Of a stretch of DNA of 44,039 bases, positions 20,001 through 31,036 are shown piece after piece. The notes under the pieces are model-generated. The model was not told the origin of the DNA and searched no databases. It worked only from the letters and a program-made list of their open reading frames with translations. The number at the start of each line of letters is the position of its first letter. The first letter of the stretch is position 1. A program made the translations under genes and the position numbers. Origin of the DNA: Desulfofundulus sp. (GTDB taxonomy: Bacteria > Bacillota > Desulfotomaculia > Desulfotomaculales > Desulfovirgulaceae); contig NZ_JBNATZ010000002.1 in the NCBI RefSeq assembly GCF_049701015.1, positions 1-44,039 of the forward strand, read 5' to 3'.

Positions 20001-20038
20001 ATTGTATTTTTATACAATCAATTGTATAATTATAAATC
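20001..20038 (+). promoter_or_regulatory. Tandem ARG boxes overlapping the SigA promoter of the arg operon
   Basis: ATTGTATTTTTATACAAT (palindrome, 20001-20018) plus ATTGTATAATTATAAATC (20021-20038). -35 TTGTAT 20002-7, 17-nt spacer, -10 TATAAT 20025-30. Confidence 0.85.
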
Positions 20039-20142
20039 ATCCCTTTATATTATATTTAAAAAACCATCCCTTTATAGAAAGGAGTCTCAAGAGGCGACCC
20101 GGGATTCCGGCGCCCGGCCGTCCGGGTCCGTGCCTGACGATT

Positions 20143-21186
20143 ATGGCTATTAAAGCAAGCATTATCGGGGCAACCGGTTATGCCGGTGCCGAACTGGTCA
20201 GGTTGTTGAGCGCCCACCCGCAGGTAGAACTGGTGGGGTTGACCACCCAGAGTTATGCCGGCAAGGCCTTCTGGGAGGTTTACCCGCACCTTTACGGGTA
20301 TGTGGACCTGGCTTGCGAAGAGCAGGACTTGCCGGCCCTGGTGGACAGAAGCGACGTTATCTTTACAGCCCTGCCCCACGGCCATGCCATGGCGGTGGCC
20401 CGGGAAGTTATTGGTGGGGGAAAGGCCCTGGTGGACCTGGGAGCGGACTTTCGCCTGCACGACCCCGTAGTTTACCGGGACTGGTATAAAGTCGAACACA
20501 TAGCTGCGGAGCTCTTGCCTCAAGCGGTGTACGGCTTGCCGGAGATCCACCGGGACGAAATCCGTACCGCCCGGCTGGTAGCCAATCCGGGTTGTTATCC
20601 CACCAGCGTGATTCTTGCTCTGGCCCCCCTGTTAAAAGAAGGCCTGGTGGATACCGGCTCCATCATCATCGATTCCAAATCCGGCGTTTCAGGGGCCGGG
20701 CGGGGATTGTCTCTGAACACCCATTACTGCGAGGTTAACGAGAGCATAAAGGCCTATGGGGTGGCTGTACACCGTCACACCCCTGAGATCGAGCAGGAAT
20801 TAAGCGCCCTGGCCGGCGAAAAGGTGCTGGTTTCCTTCACTCCCCACCTGACGCCCATGATCCGGGGTATTTTAAGCACCATCTACGCCCGGCTGACCCG
20901 GTTGAAGAGCACGGAGGAAGTTTTGGCCCTCTACCGGGAATTTTACAAGGAGGAGAAATTTGTCCGGGTGTTGCCCGCCGGCATGCTGCCAGCGACCAGG
21001 ATGGTGGCCGGCTCCAACCACTGTGACATTGGCCTGGTGGTGGACCGGCGCACCGGCAGGGTGGTAATCATTTCCGCCATCGATAACCTGATCAAAGGAG
21101 CCGCCGGCCAGGCGGTCCAGAATATGAATATAATGTTCGGGCTGGCGGAGGATACGGGGCTTTACGGACCGGGGGTATATCCGTAA
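20143..21186 (+). CDS. argC: N-acetyl-gamma-glutamyl-phosphate reductase
   Basis: IIGATGYAG, DLGADFR, YGLPE, ANPGCYPT, SGVSGAGR, HRHTPEI, DNLIKGAAGQA. Confidence 0.97.
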   Translation: MAIKASIIGATGYAGAELVRLLSAHPQVELVGLTTQSYAGKAFWEVYPHLYGYVDLACEEQDLPALVDRSDVIFTALPHGHAMAVAREVIGGGKALVDLGADFRLHDPVVYRDWYKVEHIAAELLPQAVYGLPEIHRDEIRTARLVANPGCYPTSVILALAPLLKEGLVDTGSIIIDSKSGVSGAGRGLSLNTHYCEVNESIKAYGVAVHRHTPEIEQELSALAGEKVLVSFTPHLTPMIRGILSTIYARLTRLKSTEEVLALYREFYKEEKFVRVLPAGMLPATRMVAGSNHCDIGLVVDRRTGRVVIISAIDNLIKGAAGQAVQNMNIMFGLAEDTGLYGPGVYP

Positions 21187-21399
21187 CAAAGGTAAAAATG
21201 ACTGCCGTTTGCACATGAGCGAGCGACATTGACCCGGCACTGACTGCAACCAGAGTTATTGGGTATGGCTGAATGCCAATTGTGTGCAGTTTCAATCCTT
21301 ACGCAGGTATCTGGATCCGGTGAGTGCTGGGGAACGAAGCGAGCGGGTGCAAACGGCAGGCAAGTGCTATCTTCAAGGTGGATAAGGAGGAATGCCGGC

Positions 21400-22614
21400 T
21401 TGGCCAGTACGTGGGAAGAGAAAAGCGGCGGTGTCACCGCCCCGCAGGGCTTTCTGGCCGCGGGAGTGGCCGCTGGAGTGAAATATAAAGGAAAACGGGA
21501 TATTGCCTTGATTTTTTCCGGGGTTCCGGCCCGGGCTGCAGGAGTCTTCACCACCAACCTGGTGAAAGGTGCACCAGTGCTGGTTACCATGGAGCGCATA
21601 GCCAGTGGTTCGGCCCGGGCGGTGGTGGTGAACAGCGGCAACGCCAATACCTGCAATGGCGAGCAGGGTATCAGGGATGCCCTGGCCATGACCCGGGAAA
21701 CGGCCCGTGTATTGAATATTCCCGAGGAGGATGTCCTGGTAGCTTCGACCGGGGTTATCGGCCAGCCCATGCCCATGGACCGTATCTTGCCGGGTATTGC
21801 CGCTGCGGCCCGCGAACTCTCTCCCCGGGGGGGCTCGGACGCTGCCGAAGCCATTATGACCACCGATACCGAGCCAAAGGAAACGGCTGTTTCTCTTACT
21901 CTGAGCGGGCACACGGTAACCGTCGGGGGGATGGCCAAGGGCTCCGGGATGATTCACCCTAACATGGCCACCATGCTCTGTTTTATCACCACCGATGCGG
22001 CCGTTTCCGCTCCCTGTCTCCAGGAAATGCTTCGTTATGCGGTGGACCGCAGCTTCAATATGATCAGCGTGGATGGTGATACCAGCACCAATGACATGGT
22101 CCTGGCCCTGGCCAACGGCCTGGCCGGAAACCCGGAAATTACCGCTGAAAATGAAGATTACCGCCTGTTGCGTGACGCTCTGACCGAAGTATGCACCCGT
22201 CTGGCCCGCGCGGTGGCCAGGGATGGTGAAGGGGCCACCAAGTTGCTGGAAGTGAAGGTGACCAATGCCGCCAGCGAGAGGGATGCCCGCCTGGCCGCCC
22301 GGGCGGTGGTAGCTTCCAACCTGGTTAAGACGGCCATATACGGCCAGGATGCCAACTGGGGGCGTATTATCTGCGCTGCGGGTTACTCGGGTGCGCACTT
22401 TGATCCCGACCGCGTGGATATATACCTGGGTGACATAATGGTGGCCAGAGATGGAGTGGCTTTGCCCTTTGATGAGGAAGCAGCTTCGTCTGTGCTGGCG
22501 GGCCGTGAGGTGCGGGTGCTGGTGGATTTAAAGGCGGGAGAATATGAAGCGACTGCCTGGGGCTGCGACCTGACCTGCGAGTATGTAAACATTAACGCCA
22601 GCTACCGGACATAA
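21400..22614 (+). CDS. argJ: Bifunctional ornithine acetyltransferase
   Basis: NSGNAN, STGVIG, IMTTDT, KGSGMIHPNMATML, DGDTSTND, DGEGATK. AAGGAGG SD before TTG 21400. Confidence 0.97.
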   Translation: MASTWEEKSGGVTAPQGFLAAGVAAGVKYKGKRDIALIFSGVPARAAGVFTTNLVKGAPVLVTMERIASGSARAVVVNSGNANTCNGEQGIRDALAMTRETARVLNIPEEDVLVASTGVIGQPMPMDRILPGIAAAARELSPRGGSDAAEAIMTTDTEPKETAVSLTLSGHTVTVGGMAKGSGMIHPNMATMLCFITTDAAVSAPCLQEMLRYAVDRSFNMISVDGDTSTNDMVLALANGLAGNPEITAENEDYRLLRDALTEVCTRLARAVARDGEGATKLLEVKVTNAASERDARLAARAVVASNLVKTAIYGQDANWGRIICAAGYSGAHFDPDRVDIYLGDIMVARDGVALPFDEEAASSVLAGREVRVLVDLKAGEYEATAWGCDLTCEYVNINASYRT

Positions 22615-22663
22615 CGCCTGTACCTGGCTTTTTTAAGGAAGGTTAAACCGGGGAGGTATCCGA

Positions 22664-23551
22664 TTGCTCAGCGCACAGGAAAAAGCGGCCATTCTTGTGG
22701 AGGCCCTGCCTTACATAAAGAAGTTTTACGGTAAGACCGTGGTTATCAAATACGGCGGGCATGCTATGGTGGACTGCGGGTTGAAAAAGGCCGTGCTTAC
22801 CGATGTTGTTTTAATGAAGTATGTGGGCATGCATCCGGTAATTGTCCATGGGGGGGGACCAGAAATTTCGGCCATGCTCCAGAAGCTGGGTATCGAGTCC
22901 CGCTTTGTGGGCGGCCTGCGGGTCACCGACGAAGAAACCATGGAAATAGTGGAAATGGTCCTGGCGGGCAAGTTGAACAAGGAAATCGTATCCCTGATCA
23001 ACCGCATCGGCGGCAAGGCGGTCGGCCTCTCGGGCAAGGATGCCTGCCTGCTCCAGGCCGTAAAGAAACCCGGCAGGGTGTACCAGCCCGACGGGACGGT
23101 GGAATTGGTGGACATCGGATGCGTGGGTCAGGTGAAAAAGGTTAACCCGGCTATCGTTCACACCTTAATCAATGAAGGCTATATTCCCGTGGTGGCCCCC
23201 GTGGCGGCGGGCCCCGAGGGGGAGAGTTACAATGTCAATGCCGATACCGCCGCCGGGGAACTGGCGGTGGCCCTGGGTGCCGACAAGCTGATTATCCTTA
23301 CCGACGTGGAAGGCATTCTGGAAGACAGGGAAAACAAAGACTCCCTGCTTTCGGTGATCCGGGCGGACGATGTACCTGATTTGATCGCCAGAGGCATTAT
23401 CGGTGGCGGCATGATCCCCAAGGTTGAGTGCTGTACCCGTGCCCTTTACGGCGGTGTGAACACCACGCACATTCTGGATGGGCGGGTACCACACTCCATT
23501 TTGCTCGAAGTGTTTACGGATAAAGGCATCGGTACCATGGTGGTCCGGTGA
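22664..23551 (+). CDS. argB: Acetylglutamate kinase
   Basis: [35 protein letters not shown]. Confidence 0.97.
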   Translation: MLSAQEKAAILVEALPYIKKFYGKTVVIKYGGHAMVDCGLKKAVLTDVVLMKYVGMHPVIVHGGGPEISAMLQKLGIESRFVGGLRVTDEETMEIVEMVLAGKLNKEIVSLINRIGGKAVGLSGKDACLLQAVKKPGRVYQPDGTVELVDIGCVGQVKKVNPAIVHTLINEGYIPVVAPVAAGPEGESYNVNADTAAGELAVALGADKLIILTDVEGILEDRENKDSLLSVIRADDVPDLIARGIIGGGMIPKVECCTRALYGGVNTTHILDGRVPHSILLEVFTDKGIGTMVVR

Positions 23552-23568
23552 GCAGGGAGGAATGAGAT

Positions 23569-24765
23569 GTGGCCGGTGCGGAAATTATCGAGCTTACCGA
23601 TAAATACGTCATGCGGACCTACGGGCGCTTCCCCCTGGCCCTGGTGAGCGGACAGGGGGCGCGGGTTTGGGACGCCGAAGGGAAGGAGTACCTTGACTTT
23701 GTGGCCGGGTTGGCTGTCTGCTCCCTGGGCCACTGCCACCCGGCAGTGGTTGAGGCTATAACTTCCCAGGCCCGGAAATTGATGCATGTATCCAACCTTT
23801 ACTATATAGAACCCCAGGCGAAGCTGGCCCGGTTGCTGGTGGAAAATTCCTGCGGGGACCGGGTGTTTTTCTGCAACAGTGGTGCCGAGGCCAACGAGGC
23901 GGCCATCAAGCTCGCACGCAAGTACGGTAAAATTCACGGCGGTCAGGAAAAATATGAAATCATCACGGCCCTGAAATCTTTCCACGGGCGTACCCTGGCG
24001 GCCATCACCGCCACGGCTCAGCCGAAGTACCAGAAGGGTTTTGAACCACTTCCGGCGGGGTTTAAGTACGTTCCCTTCAATGATGTGGAGGCCCTTTCCC
24101 GGGCCGTGAACTCCGGCACCTGTGCGGTGCTGCTTGAACCGGTCCAGGGCGAGGGCGGGGTGAACGTGGCCACGCCTGAATTCTTAAAGGCGGCCCGGGA
24201 GCTCTGTGACCGTTACGATGCCCTGCTGATCTTTGACGAAGTGCAGTGCGGTCTGGGCCGTACGGGTAAGTTCCTGGCCTACCAGCATTACGGAGTGGAG
24301 CCGGATATTTTTACGCTGGCCAAGGCCCTGGGCGGAGGGTTCCCCATCGGAGCCATGGTGGCCAGGGAGAGGGTGGCGTCGGCTTTCAGTCCCGGCGACC
24401 ACGCTTCCACCTTCGGGGGCAACCCCCTCGCCTGTGCGGCCGGGCTGGCCGCCGTGGAATACCTGCTCCATGAGGGTGTGATTGAGAATGCCGCCCGGGT
24501 GGGGGCGTATTTTAAGGGGCGCCTTTCGGAACTGGCAGGCCGTTTCCCCTTTATCCGGGAAGTGCGCGGCCTGGGGCTGATGTTGGGTATGGAACTGGCT
24601 GTCGAGGGCAGGGAGATCGTTGGCAAATGCCAGGATAGGGGTTTGTTAATTAACTGTGTGGACAATCACATCCTGCGCTTTATTCCTCCCTTGATTATCA
24701 CAAAGGCCGAGGTGGATGAGGCGGTGGAAATCCTGGCCGGCGTCCTGGCCGAGATGAAACGGTAA
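23569..24765 (+). CDS. argD: Acetylornithine aminotransferase
   Basis: [45 protein letters not shown]. Confidence 0.96.
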   Translation: MAGAEIIELTDKYVMRTYGRFPLALVSGQGARVWDAEGKEYLDFVAGLAVCSLGHCHPAVVEAITSQARKLMHVSNLYYIEPQAKLARLLVENSCGDRVFFCNSGAEANEAAIKLARKYGKIHGGQEKYEIITALKSFHGRTLAAITATAQPKYQKGFEPLPAGFKYVPFNDVEALSRAVNSGTCAVLLEPVQGEGGVNVATPEFLKAARELCDRYDALLIFDEVQCGLGRTGKFLAYQHYGVEPDIFTLAKALGGGFPIGAMVARERVASAFSPGDHASTFGGNPLACAAGLAAVEYLLHEGVIENAARVGAYFKGRLSELAGRFPFIREVRGLGLMLGMELAVEGREIVGKCQDRGLLINCVDNHILRFIPPLIITKAEVDEAVEILAGVLAEMKR

Positions 24766-24787
24766 CTTTGGCAGCAGGAGGATAGCC

Positions 24788-27700
24788 ATGCCCAGACGTC
24801 AAGACATCAACAAGGTACTGGTTATTGGCTCCGGCCCGATTATTATAGGGCAGGCCGCGGAGTTCGACTATGCCGGTACCCAGGCCTGCCGGGCCCTCAA
24901 AGAGGAAGGGGTTCAGGTGGTGCTGGTGAATTCCAACCCGGCCACCATCATGACCGACAGCCACATGGCCGATCAGATCTATATCGAGCCCCTTACCTGG
25001 CAGACCGTGGCCCGCATAATCGAACGTGAGAGGCCCCAGGGGCTGTTGCCCACCCTGGGAGGTCAAACCGGGCTGAACCTGGCCGTGGAACTGGCCCGCC
25101 AGGGGGTGCTGGAAAAATATGGTGTGGAACTGCTGGGCACTTCCCTGGACAGCATCCGCCGGGCGGAGGACAGGGAACTGTTCAAGGAGACCATGCTGGC
25201 CATAGGTGAGCCGGTACCTCCAAGTACCACGGTCACCAGCGTGGAACAGGCCCTGGAGTTTGCCCGGGCAATCGGTTACCCCCTGATCGTCCGGCCGGCT
25301 TACACCCTGGGCGGTACCGGGGGTGGCATGGCTACGTGTCCGCAGGAACTGGAGGCCATCGTCCACCGGGGGCTGGTGATGAGCCCCATCGGCCAGGTGC
25401 TGCTGGAAAAGAGCGTGGCCGGCTGGAAGGAAATAGAGTACGAAGTGATGCGGGATGGAGCCGACAACTGTATCACCATCTGCAACATGGAAAACATCGA
25501 CCCTATCGGTATCCATACCGGGGACAGTATCGTGGTCGCGCCGTCCCAGACCCTGGCCGATAAGGAATACCAGCTGTTGCGCTCCGCCGCCCTTAAGATC
25601 ATCCGGGCCTTGAAGGTGGAGGGGGGCTGCAATGTTCAGTTCGCCCTGGACCCGGAGAGCTTCCGCTATTACGTGATTGAGGTCAACCCCCGGGTCAGCC
25701 GTTCCAGCGCCCTGGCTTCCAAGGCCACCGGTTATCCCATTGCCCGTACCGCGGCGAAGATAGCTATCGGCTTGAGGCTGGACGAGATCATCAATCCAGT
25801 GACGGGGAAAACCTGTGCCTGCTTCGAGCCGGCCCTGGACTATGTGGTTGTGAAAATACCCCGCTGGCCCTTTGACAAGTTCAGCAGCGCGGACCGCACC
25901 CTGGGTACCCAGATGAAGGCTACCGGCGAGGTCATGGCTATTGACCGCACGTTTGAGGGGGCCCTGCTCAAGGCGGTGCGCTCCCTGGAAATCGGGGTGG
26001 ACAGCCTGCAGTGGAAGGGTTCGGGCAGCTGGAGCGAAATGGAACTGCAGCAACTGCTTTCCCGCCCCAACGACCTGCGCCTGTTTGCCATTGCCGAAGC
26101 TTTCCGCCGGGCCTGGGCCATGCGGGAAATATTTCAACTTACGGCCATAGACTATTTCTTCCTGGAGAAAATAAAAAACATCGTGGTTCTGGAAGGAGAG
26201 CTGCGGGCGGCCGGGCGCACCCTCCCTCCCGAGTTACTCCGGCGGGCCAAGGCGTATGGTTTTGCCGACAGCCATATTGCCCGGCTGACCGGTTTGGATT
26301 TCGACCGGGTGCGTGCGCTTCGGAAACAGTACGGCATTGTCCCGGCTTACAAGATGGTGGACACCTGTGCTGCGGAATTTGAGGCCGCCACCCCATATTA
26401 CTATTCAACCTACGATGCCGTGGATGAGGTAATGGTGTCTTCCCGGCCTAAAGTGATCGTTCTGGGTTCGGGTCCGATCCGGATCGGCCAGGGCATTGAG
26501 TTTGATTATTGTTCGGTACATTCGGTCTGGGGGTTGCAGGCCGAAGGGGTCGAGGCCATCATCATCAACAACAACCCGGAAACGGTGAGTACCGATTTTG
26601 ACACCGCCGACCGGCTTTATTTTGAACCTCTCACCCTGGAGGATGTCCTCAACGTGGTGGAAAAGGAAAAACCCATGGGTGTGATCGTCCAGTTCGGGGG
26701 CCAGACCGCCATCAACCTGGCCGGGGAGCTGGCCGCCCGCGGGGTGAAGGTGCTGGGTACGCCCGTGGAATCCATTGACGCCGCCGAGGACCGGGAAAAA
26801 TTCAGCGCCCTTTTATCCCGCCTGGGCATTCCCCAGACAGAGGGAGGTACCGCCTTTACCGTGGAACAGGCCCGGCAAATTGCCGAGAGCCTGGGGTACC
26901 CGGTGCTGGTGCGGCCTTCCTACGTCCTGGGGGGGCGGGCCATGGAGATTGTCCACAACACTCCGGAGTTGCTAAAATATATGGAAACGGCGGTGCAGGT
27001 TTCACCCCGTCACCCGGTGCTGGTCGACAAATACATCCGGGGCCGGGAAGTGGAAATCGACGGCATAGGGGACGGCAGGGATATTTTCATTCCCGGCATT
27101 ATGGAGCACATCGAGCGGGCGGGGGTGCATTCGGGGGACAGCATGGCCGTATACCCGCCCCAGAACCTCACCCCGGCCCAGATAGAGCAGGTGGTGGACT
27201 ACACCCTGCAGATTGGCCGGGCGCTAAAAGTGTGCGGGCTCCTGAACATCCAGTACGTGGTGGCCAGAGACGGCATCTATGTCCTGGAAGTGAATCCCCG
27301 CGCTTCCCGGACTGTGCCCATTTTAAGCAAGGTGACGGCTGTGCCCATGGTACAGGTGGGTACCCGGGCCATGCTGGGCAAAAAGCTGTCCGATCAGGGT
27401 TACGGGTCGGGTCTGGGCAGGGTTTCGGATTACGTTACCGTGAAGGCACCGGTTTTCTCCTTTGAAAAGCTGGGTGAGGTGGAAATTTCCCTGGGACCGG
27501 AAATGAAGTCCACCGGGGAGGTCATGGGAGTCGACCGTACTTTCCCCGGGGCACTTTATAAGGCCATGGTGGCCAGCGGTTTAAGTCCGTCCCCGGTCGT
27601 GAACGGTACTAAATCGTCCGGTGGTTCTGCTCCTGGTGCACCGAAAGCGGTGCTGGTTTCCCTGGCCGACAGGGATAAAATCGAAGCACTGCCCGTGATC

Positions 27701-28054
27701 CGCCAGTATGCGGCCCTGGGTTACACTCTTTACGCCACCGGTGGAACGGCGAGGGCCATTGCTGCTGCCGGCATACCCGTGCAGGAAGTGGAGGATGTGA
27801 CAGCCCTGTTGCGTTCAGGTGGGGTCAGCCTGGTCATCAACACCCCCACCCGGGGCAAGCACCCCGCCCGGCCCGGCTTCCGCCTGCGCCGTACCGCTGC
27901 CGAGTACCGGGTACCCTGCCTGACGTCCCTGGATACTGCCCGGGTGCTGGCAACGGTGCTGCAGTGTCTGGAGCACGGGGGGGAGCCCCGGCCCGTAAGC
28001 GTGCGGGAATTTACCGCCGGAATGCTGGTGCGGGAGCGTGAGGCCTTACCGTGA
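24788..28054 (+). CDS. carB: Carbamoyl-phosphate synthase large subunit
   Basis: [17 protein letters not shown], two ATP-grasp halves, [10 protein letters not shown] and [10 protein letters not shown]-terminal MGS-like domain. Confidence 0.97.
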   Translation: MPRRQDINKVLVIGSGPIIIGQAAEFDYAGTQACRALKEEGVQVVLVNSNPATIMTDSHMADQIYIEPLTWQTVARIIERERPQGLLPTLGGQTGLNLAVELARQGVLEKYGVELLGTSLDSIRRAEDRELFKETMLAIGEPVPPSTTVTSVEQALEFARAIGYPLIVRPAYTLGGTGGGMATCPQELEAIVHRGLVMSPIGQVLLEKSVAGWKEIEYEVMRDGADNCITICNMENIDPIGIHTGDSIVVAPSQTLADKEYQLLRSAALKIIRALKVEGGCNVQFALDPESFRYYVIEVNPRVSRSSALASKATGYPIARTAAKIAIGLRLDEIINPVTGKTCACFEPALDYVVVKIPRWPFDKFSSADRTLGTQMKATGEVMAIDRTFEGALLKAVRSLEIGVDSLQWKGSGSWSEMELQQLLSRPNDLRLFAIAEAFRRAWAMREIFQLTAIDYFFLEKIKNIVVLEGELRAAGRTLPPELLRRAKAYGFADSHIARLTGLDFDRVRALRKQYGIVPAYKMVDTCAAEFEAATPYYYSTYDAVDEVMVSSRPKVIVLGSGPIRIGQGIEFDYCSVHSVWGLQAEGVEAIIINNNPETVSTDFDTADRLYFEPLTLEDVLNVVEKEKPMGVIVQFGGQTAINLAGELAARGVKVLGTPVESIDAAEDREKFSALLSRLGIPQTEGGTAFTVEQARQIAESLGYPVLVRPSYVLGGRAMEIVHNTPELLKYMETAVQVSPRHPVLVDKYIRGREVEIDGIGDGRDIFIPGIMEHIERAGVHSGDSMAVYPPQNLTPAQIEQVVDYTLQIGRALKVCGLLNIQYVVARDGIYVLEVNPRASRTVPILSKVTAVPMVQVGTRAMLGKKLSDQGYGSGLGRVSDYVTVKAPVFSFEKLGEVEISLGPEMKSTGEVMGVDRTFPGALYKAMVASGLSPSPVVNGTKSSGGSAPGAPKAVLVSLADRDKIEALPVIRQYAALGYTLYATGGTARAIAAAGIPVQEVEDVTALLRSGGVSLVINTPTRGKHPARPGFRLRRTAAEYRVPCLTSLDTARVLATVLQCLEHGGEPRPVSVREFTAGMLVREREALP

Positions 28055-28178
28055 TATCCCGGTTCTCCTCAGGTTCAAAATGTTCAGTGCTGGAGAGCAT
28101 ATGGGTGAGGGGGACGACGCCGTACCTGAAGCGGGTTGCCTCATCTTGAAGTTCTAATTTTAAGGAAGGGATTAACCA

Positions 28179-29114
28179 GTGAAGGAAAACTTTAAAGGTC
28201 GGGATCTCCTTTCCCTTCATGATTTCACCCCCGAAGAGATTGTGACCATCCTGGATCTCGCCGACGAGTTGAAGTCCAAACAAAAAAAAGGTATTCCCCA
28301 CCCTTACCTGGCCGGGAAGACCCTGGGCATGATCTTTCAGAAATCTTCCACCCGCACCCGGGTTTCCTTTGAAGTGGCCATGTACCAGCTGGGAGGCTAT
28401 GCCCTGTACCTCAATGCCGGCGACCTGCAGCTGGGCCGGGGTGAGACAATTGCCGATACAGCCCGCGTGCTTTCCCGTTACCTGGACGGGATCATGATCC
28501 GCACCTATGCCCAGTCGGATGTGGAGGAACTGGCTCGCTACGCCGATATCCCGGTGATCAACGGCCTGACCGACCTTCTGCACCCCTGCCAGGTCCTGGC
28601 CGATCTGCAGACCATCCGGGAACGCAAAGGCAGGCTGGCCGGCTTGAAGCTGGCATATGTCGGGGACGGCAACAACGTCTGTCATTCCCTGCTTATCGGC
28701 TGTGCCAAAACAGGCATGCACATCAGCGTGGCGTCACCCCCCGGTTACCAGCCCAGAGAGGAAATTGTAGAGACAGCCAGGTCCGACGCGTTGTCAACAG
28801 GGAGCCGCATTGAAATCCTGACCGACCCGGTGGCGGCGGTTGCAGGGGCGGATGTGGTGGTCACCGATGTCTGGGCCAGTATGGGACAAGAACAGGAAGC
28901 TGAACAACGGCAGAGGGTTTTTGTCCCCTACCAGGTGAACGAAGAACTGGTGCGCCACGCCAAACCCGACTTTATCTTTTTGCACTGCCTGCCCGCCCAC
29001 CGTGGTGAAGAGGTAACGCCGGAAATTATCGATGGGCCCCACTCGGCTGTCTGGGACGAGGCGGAAAACCGCCTGCATGCCCATAAGGCCGTACTGGCTC
29101 TCCTCCTGGCGTGA
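28179..29114 (+). CDS. argF: Ornithine carbamoyltransferase
   Basis: [26 protein letters not shown]. Confidence 0.97.
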   Translation: MKENFKGRDLLSLHDFTPEEIVTILDLADELKSKQKKGIPHPYLAGKTLGMIFQKSSTRTRVSFEVAMYQLGGYALYLNAGDLQLGRGETIADTARVLSRYLDGIMIRTYAQSDVEELARYADIPVINGLTDLLHPCQVLADLQTIRERKGRLAGLKLAYVGDGNNVCHSLLIGCAKTGMHISVASPPGYQPREEIVETARSDALSTGSRIEILTDPVAAVAGADVVVTDVWASMGQEQEAEQRQRVFVPYQVNEELVRHAKPDFIFLHCLPAHRGEEVTPEIIDGPHSAVWDEAENRLHAHKAVLALLLA

Positions 29115-29129
29115 TACGTTCCGGGTTAC

Positions 29130-29157
29130 AAAAAATATTTCCGAAAAAATATTTCCG
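29130..29157 (+). repeat. 14-bp tandem direct repeat AAAAAATATTTCCG x2
   Basis: Read directly, just upstream of the argG SD. Confidence 0.8.
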
Positions 29158-29172
29158 AAGGAGTTAACCATT

Positions 29173-30381
29173 ATGAAAAAGGTAGTTCTTGCTTACTCAG
29201 GAGGACTGGACACTTCCATCATCATCCCCTGGCTCAAAGAAAACTACGGCTACGAAGTCATTGCCATGGTAGCCGACCTGGGGCAGGGTGAAGAACTGGC
29301 CCCTCTGGAGGAAAAGGCTATAAAAAGCGGTGCCAGCAAAATATACATTGAGGACGTAAAACGGGAATTTGTAGAAGAGTACATCTTTCCCACCTTGCGG
29401 GCGGGGGCCATTTATGAAGGCAAATACCTTTTGGGTACCTCCATGGCACGCCCTTTAATTGCTAAAAAGCTGGTTGAAGTGGCCGAAAGGGAAGGGGCGG
29501 AAGCCGTGGCCCACGGCGCAACCGGCAAGGGGAACGACCAGGTGCGCTTTGAGCTTTCAGTGAAGGCGCTGAATCCCGACCTCAGGATTATCGCTCCCTG
29601 GCGCGAGTGGGAAATCCGTTCCCGGGAGGATGCCATTGATTACGCCCAGGCCCGGGGGATTCCTGTTCCCGTTACCAGGGAACGACCTTACAGTATGGAC
29701 CGCAACATCTGGCACCTCAGCCACGAAGGTGGAGACCTGGAGGACCCCGCCAAAGAACCGCCCGGGGACGTACTCCTGCTGACCACGCCTCCGGAAAAGG
29801 CTCCTGACCAACCCACTTACGTAGAAATCTATTTTGAGAAGGGTATTCCCAGACAGGTCAATGGCGAATCACTGGATCCGGTGACGCTGCTGGAGAAGTT
29901 GAATGTCTTCGGAGGGGCCAACGGTGTGGGGATTGTAGACATGGTGGAAAACCGCCTGGTGGGGATGAAGTCCCGGGGTGTATACGAGACTCCCGGCGGT
30001 ACCATCCTCTACCTGGCCCACCGCGAGCTGGAAAGTATATGCCTTGACCGGATGACCATGCATTTCAAAGAACTGGTAGCCGCCCGTTATGCCGAACTGG
30101 TTTATGACGGCGTATGGTTCTCTCCTTTACGGGAGGCTCTGGACGCCTTTGTTGAGGTGACCCAGCGTACGGTGACCGGTACGGTGCGCATGAAGCTTTA
30201 CAAAGGCAACTGCACCCCGGCCGGTGTCAGTTCGCCTTATTCTCTTTACAACCCGGAACTGGCCACCTTCAGCCGGGATGAAATATACAACCAGGCTGAT
30301 GCTGCCGGTTTTATAAACCTTTTCGGTTTACCTTTGAAGGTGCGGGCACTGATGGAGAAAAAAGCGGGGTTAAGACTGTAG
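29173..30381 (+). CDS. argG: Argininosuccinate synthase
   Basis: [47 protein letters not shown]. Confidence 0.97.
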   Translation: MKKVVLAYSGGLDTSIIIPWLKENYGYEVIAMVADLGQGEELAPLEEKAIKSGASKIYIEDVKREFVEEYIFPTLRAGAIYEGKYLLGTSMARPLIAKKLVEVAEREGAEAVAHGATGKGNDQVRFELSVKALNPDLRIIAPWREWEIRSREDAIDYAQARGIPVPVTRERPYSMDRNIWHLSHEGGDLEDPAKEPPGDVLLLTTPPEKAPDQPTYVEIYFEKGIPRQVNGESLDPVTLLEKLNVFGGANGVGIVDMVENRLVGMKSRGVYETPGGTILYLAHRELESICLDRMTMHFKELVAARYAELVYDGVWFSPLREALDAFVEVTQRTVTGTVRMKLYKGNCTPAGVSSPYSLYNPELATFSRDEIYNQADAAGFINLFGLPLKVRALMEKKAGLRL

Positions 30382-30397
30382 CAGGTGTCAAAACTGG

Positions 30398-30427
30398 AAG
30401 GTGGGCTTAAAATAAGCCCACCTTTTT
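30398..30427 (+). terminator. Intrinsic terminator of the arg operon
   Basis: AAGGTGGGCTTA/TAAGCCCACCTT 12-bp stem plus T tract, between convergent genes. Confidence 0.88.
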
Positions 30428-30453
30428 AAAGGCTGAAAAGCCGTGACAAGCTT

Positions 30454-30702
30454 TCACGGCTTTTTGGTACTGAATAATTTCTGGTACCGTTCCGGATGAT
30501 TGCGGGGGAGGTTTTGTTCACGGAGCAGCCTGATGATGTTTTCCGTACTTTCCCCGGAGTTCAGGAGGTTGAAGAAGGCCCTCTCATTCACATAAACGCT
30601 GCTGCCGTCCTGGAATTCAATAAAGTACTTGTTTGTGCCCGGTATGGGGGTAGCTTTGATTCCACATTCGGTGAGAAATTTAAAGTTTTGCGCAGGTTTC
30701 AC
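30454..30702 (-). CDS. Hypothetical protein (~82 aa)
   Basis: GGGAGGTG SD before GTG 30702. Protein-like composition; converges on the arg terminator. Confidence 0.65.
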   Translation of the reverse strand: MKPAQNFKFLTECGIKATPIPGTNKYFIEFQDGSSVYVNERAFFNLLNSGESTENIIRLLREQNLPRNHPERYQKLFSTKKP

Positions 30703-31036
30703 GGTCCCACCTCCCACGGGGTGCCTGTGGACTTATCATACGTGCTTTTTTTACTAAAATAAATTTTCTTTCGTTCAATGGATGAATCTGGCCTCTTTCC
30801 GGTGATTGTGAATCGTTAGCCTTTTTGCATGTACTCGCCCCCCGCCTTGAATATAATTTTAACATATAATTGTTATAAGGCAAATTAATTCGTGAATTAA
30901 ATCCCAATTTTCCCGTGTCTCAAAAATACTAAACTTAAAATCCCTTGCCCAAACCTTACAAATGATAAAGGGGTTTTCATGGTTCATGGAGAATATGAAT
31001 AAGGTTACTTTCTGGTAATAACTATGAGGTGGGGAA

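Noticed and set aside
20002-20142. 47-aa N-terminal extension of ArgC (also the extensions of ArgJ from 21259, ArgG from 29032 and the acyl-CoA dehydrogenase from 5872)
   Set aside because: They overlap promoters or upstream genes. Homology starts at the downstream codons, which have SDs (argC excepted, see finding).
24698-26137. 479-aa minus-strand ORF opposite carB (likewise 7345-8241, 11513-12514, 21373-22398, 41316-42413 and other antisense ORFs)
   Set aside because: Antisense shadows of well-supported genes, expected with GC-rich codon bias. No recognisable motifs.
29130-29157. CodY box before argG
   Set aside because: About 5 mismatches to AATTTTCWGAAAATT.
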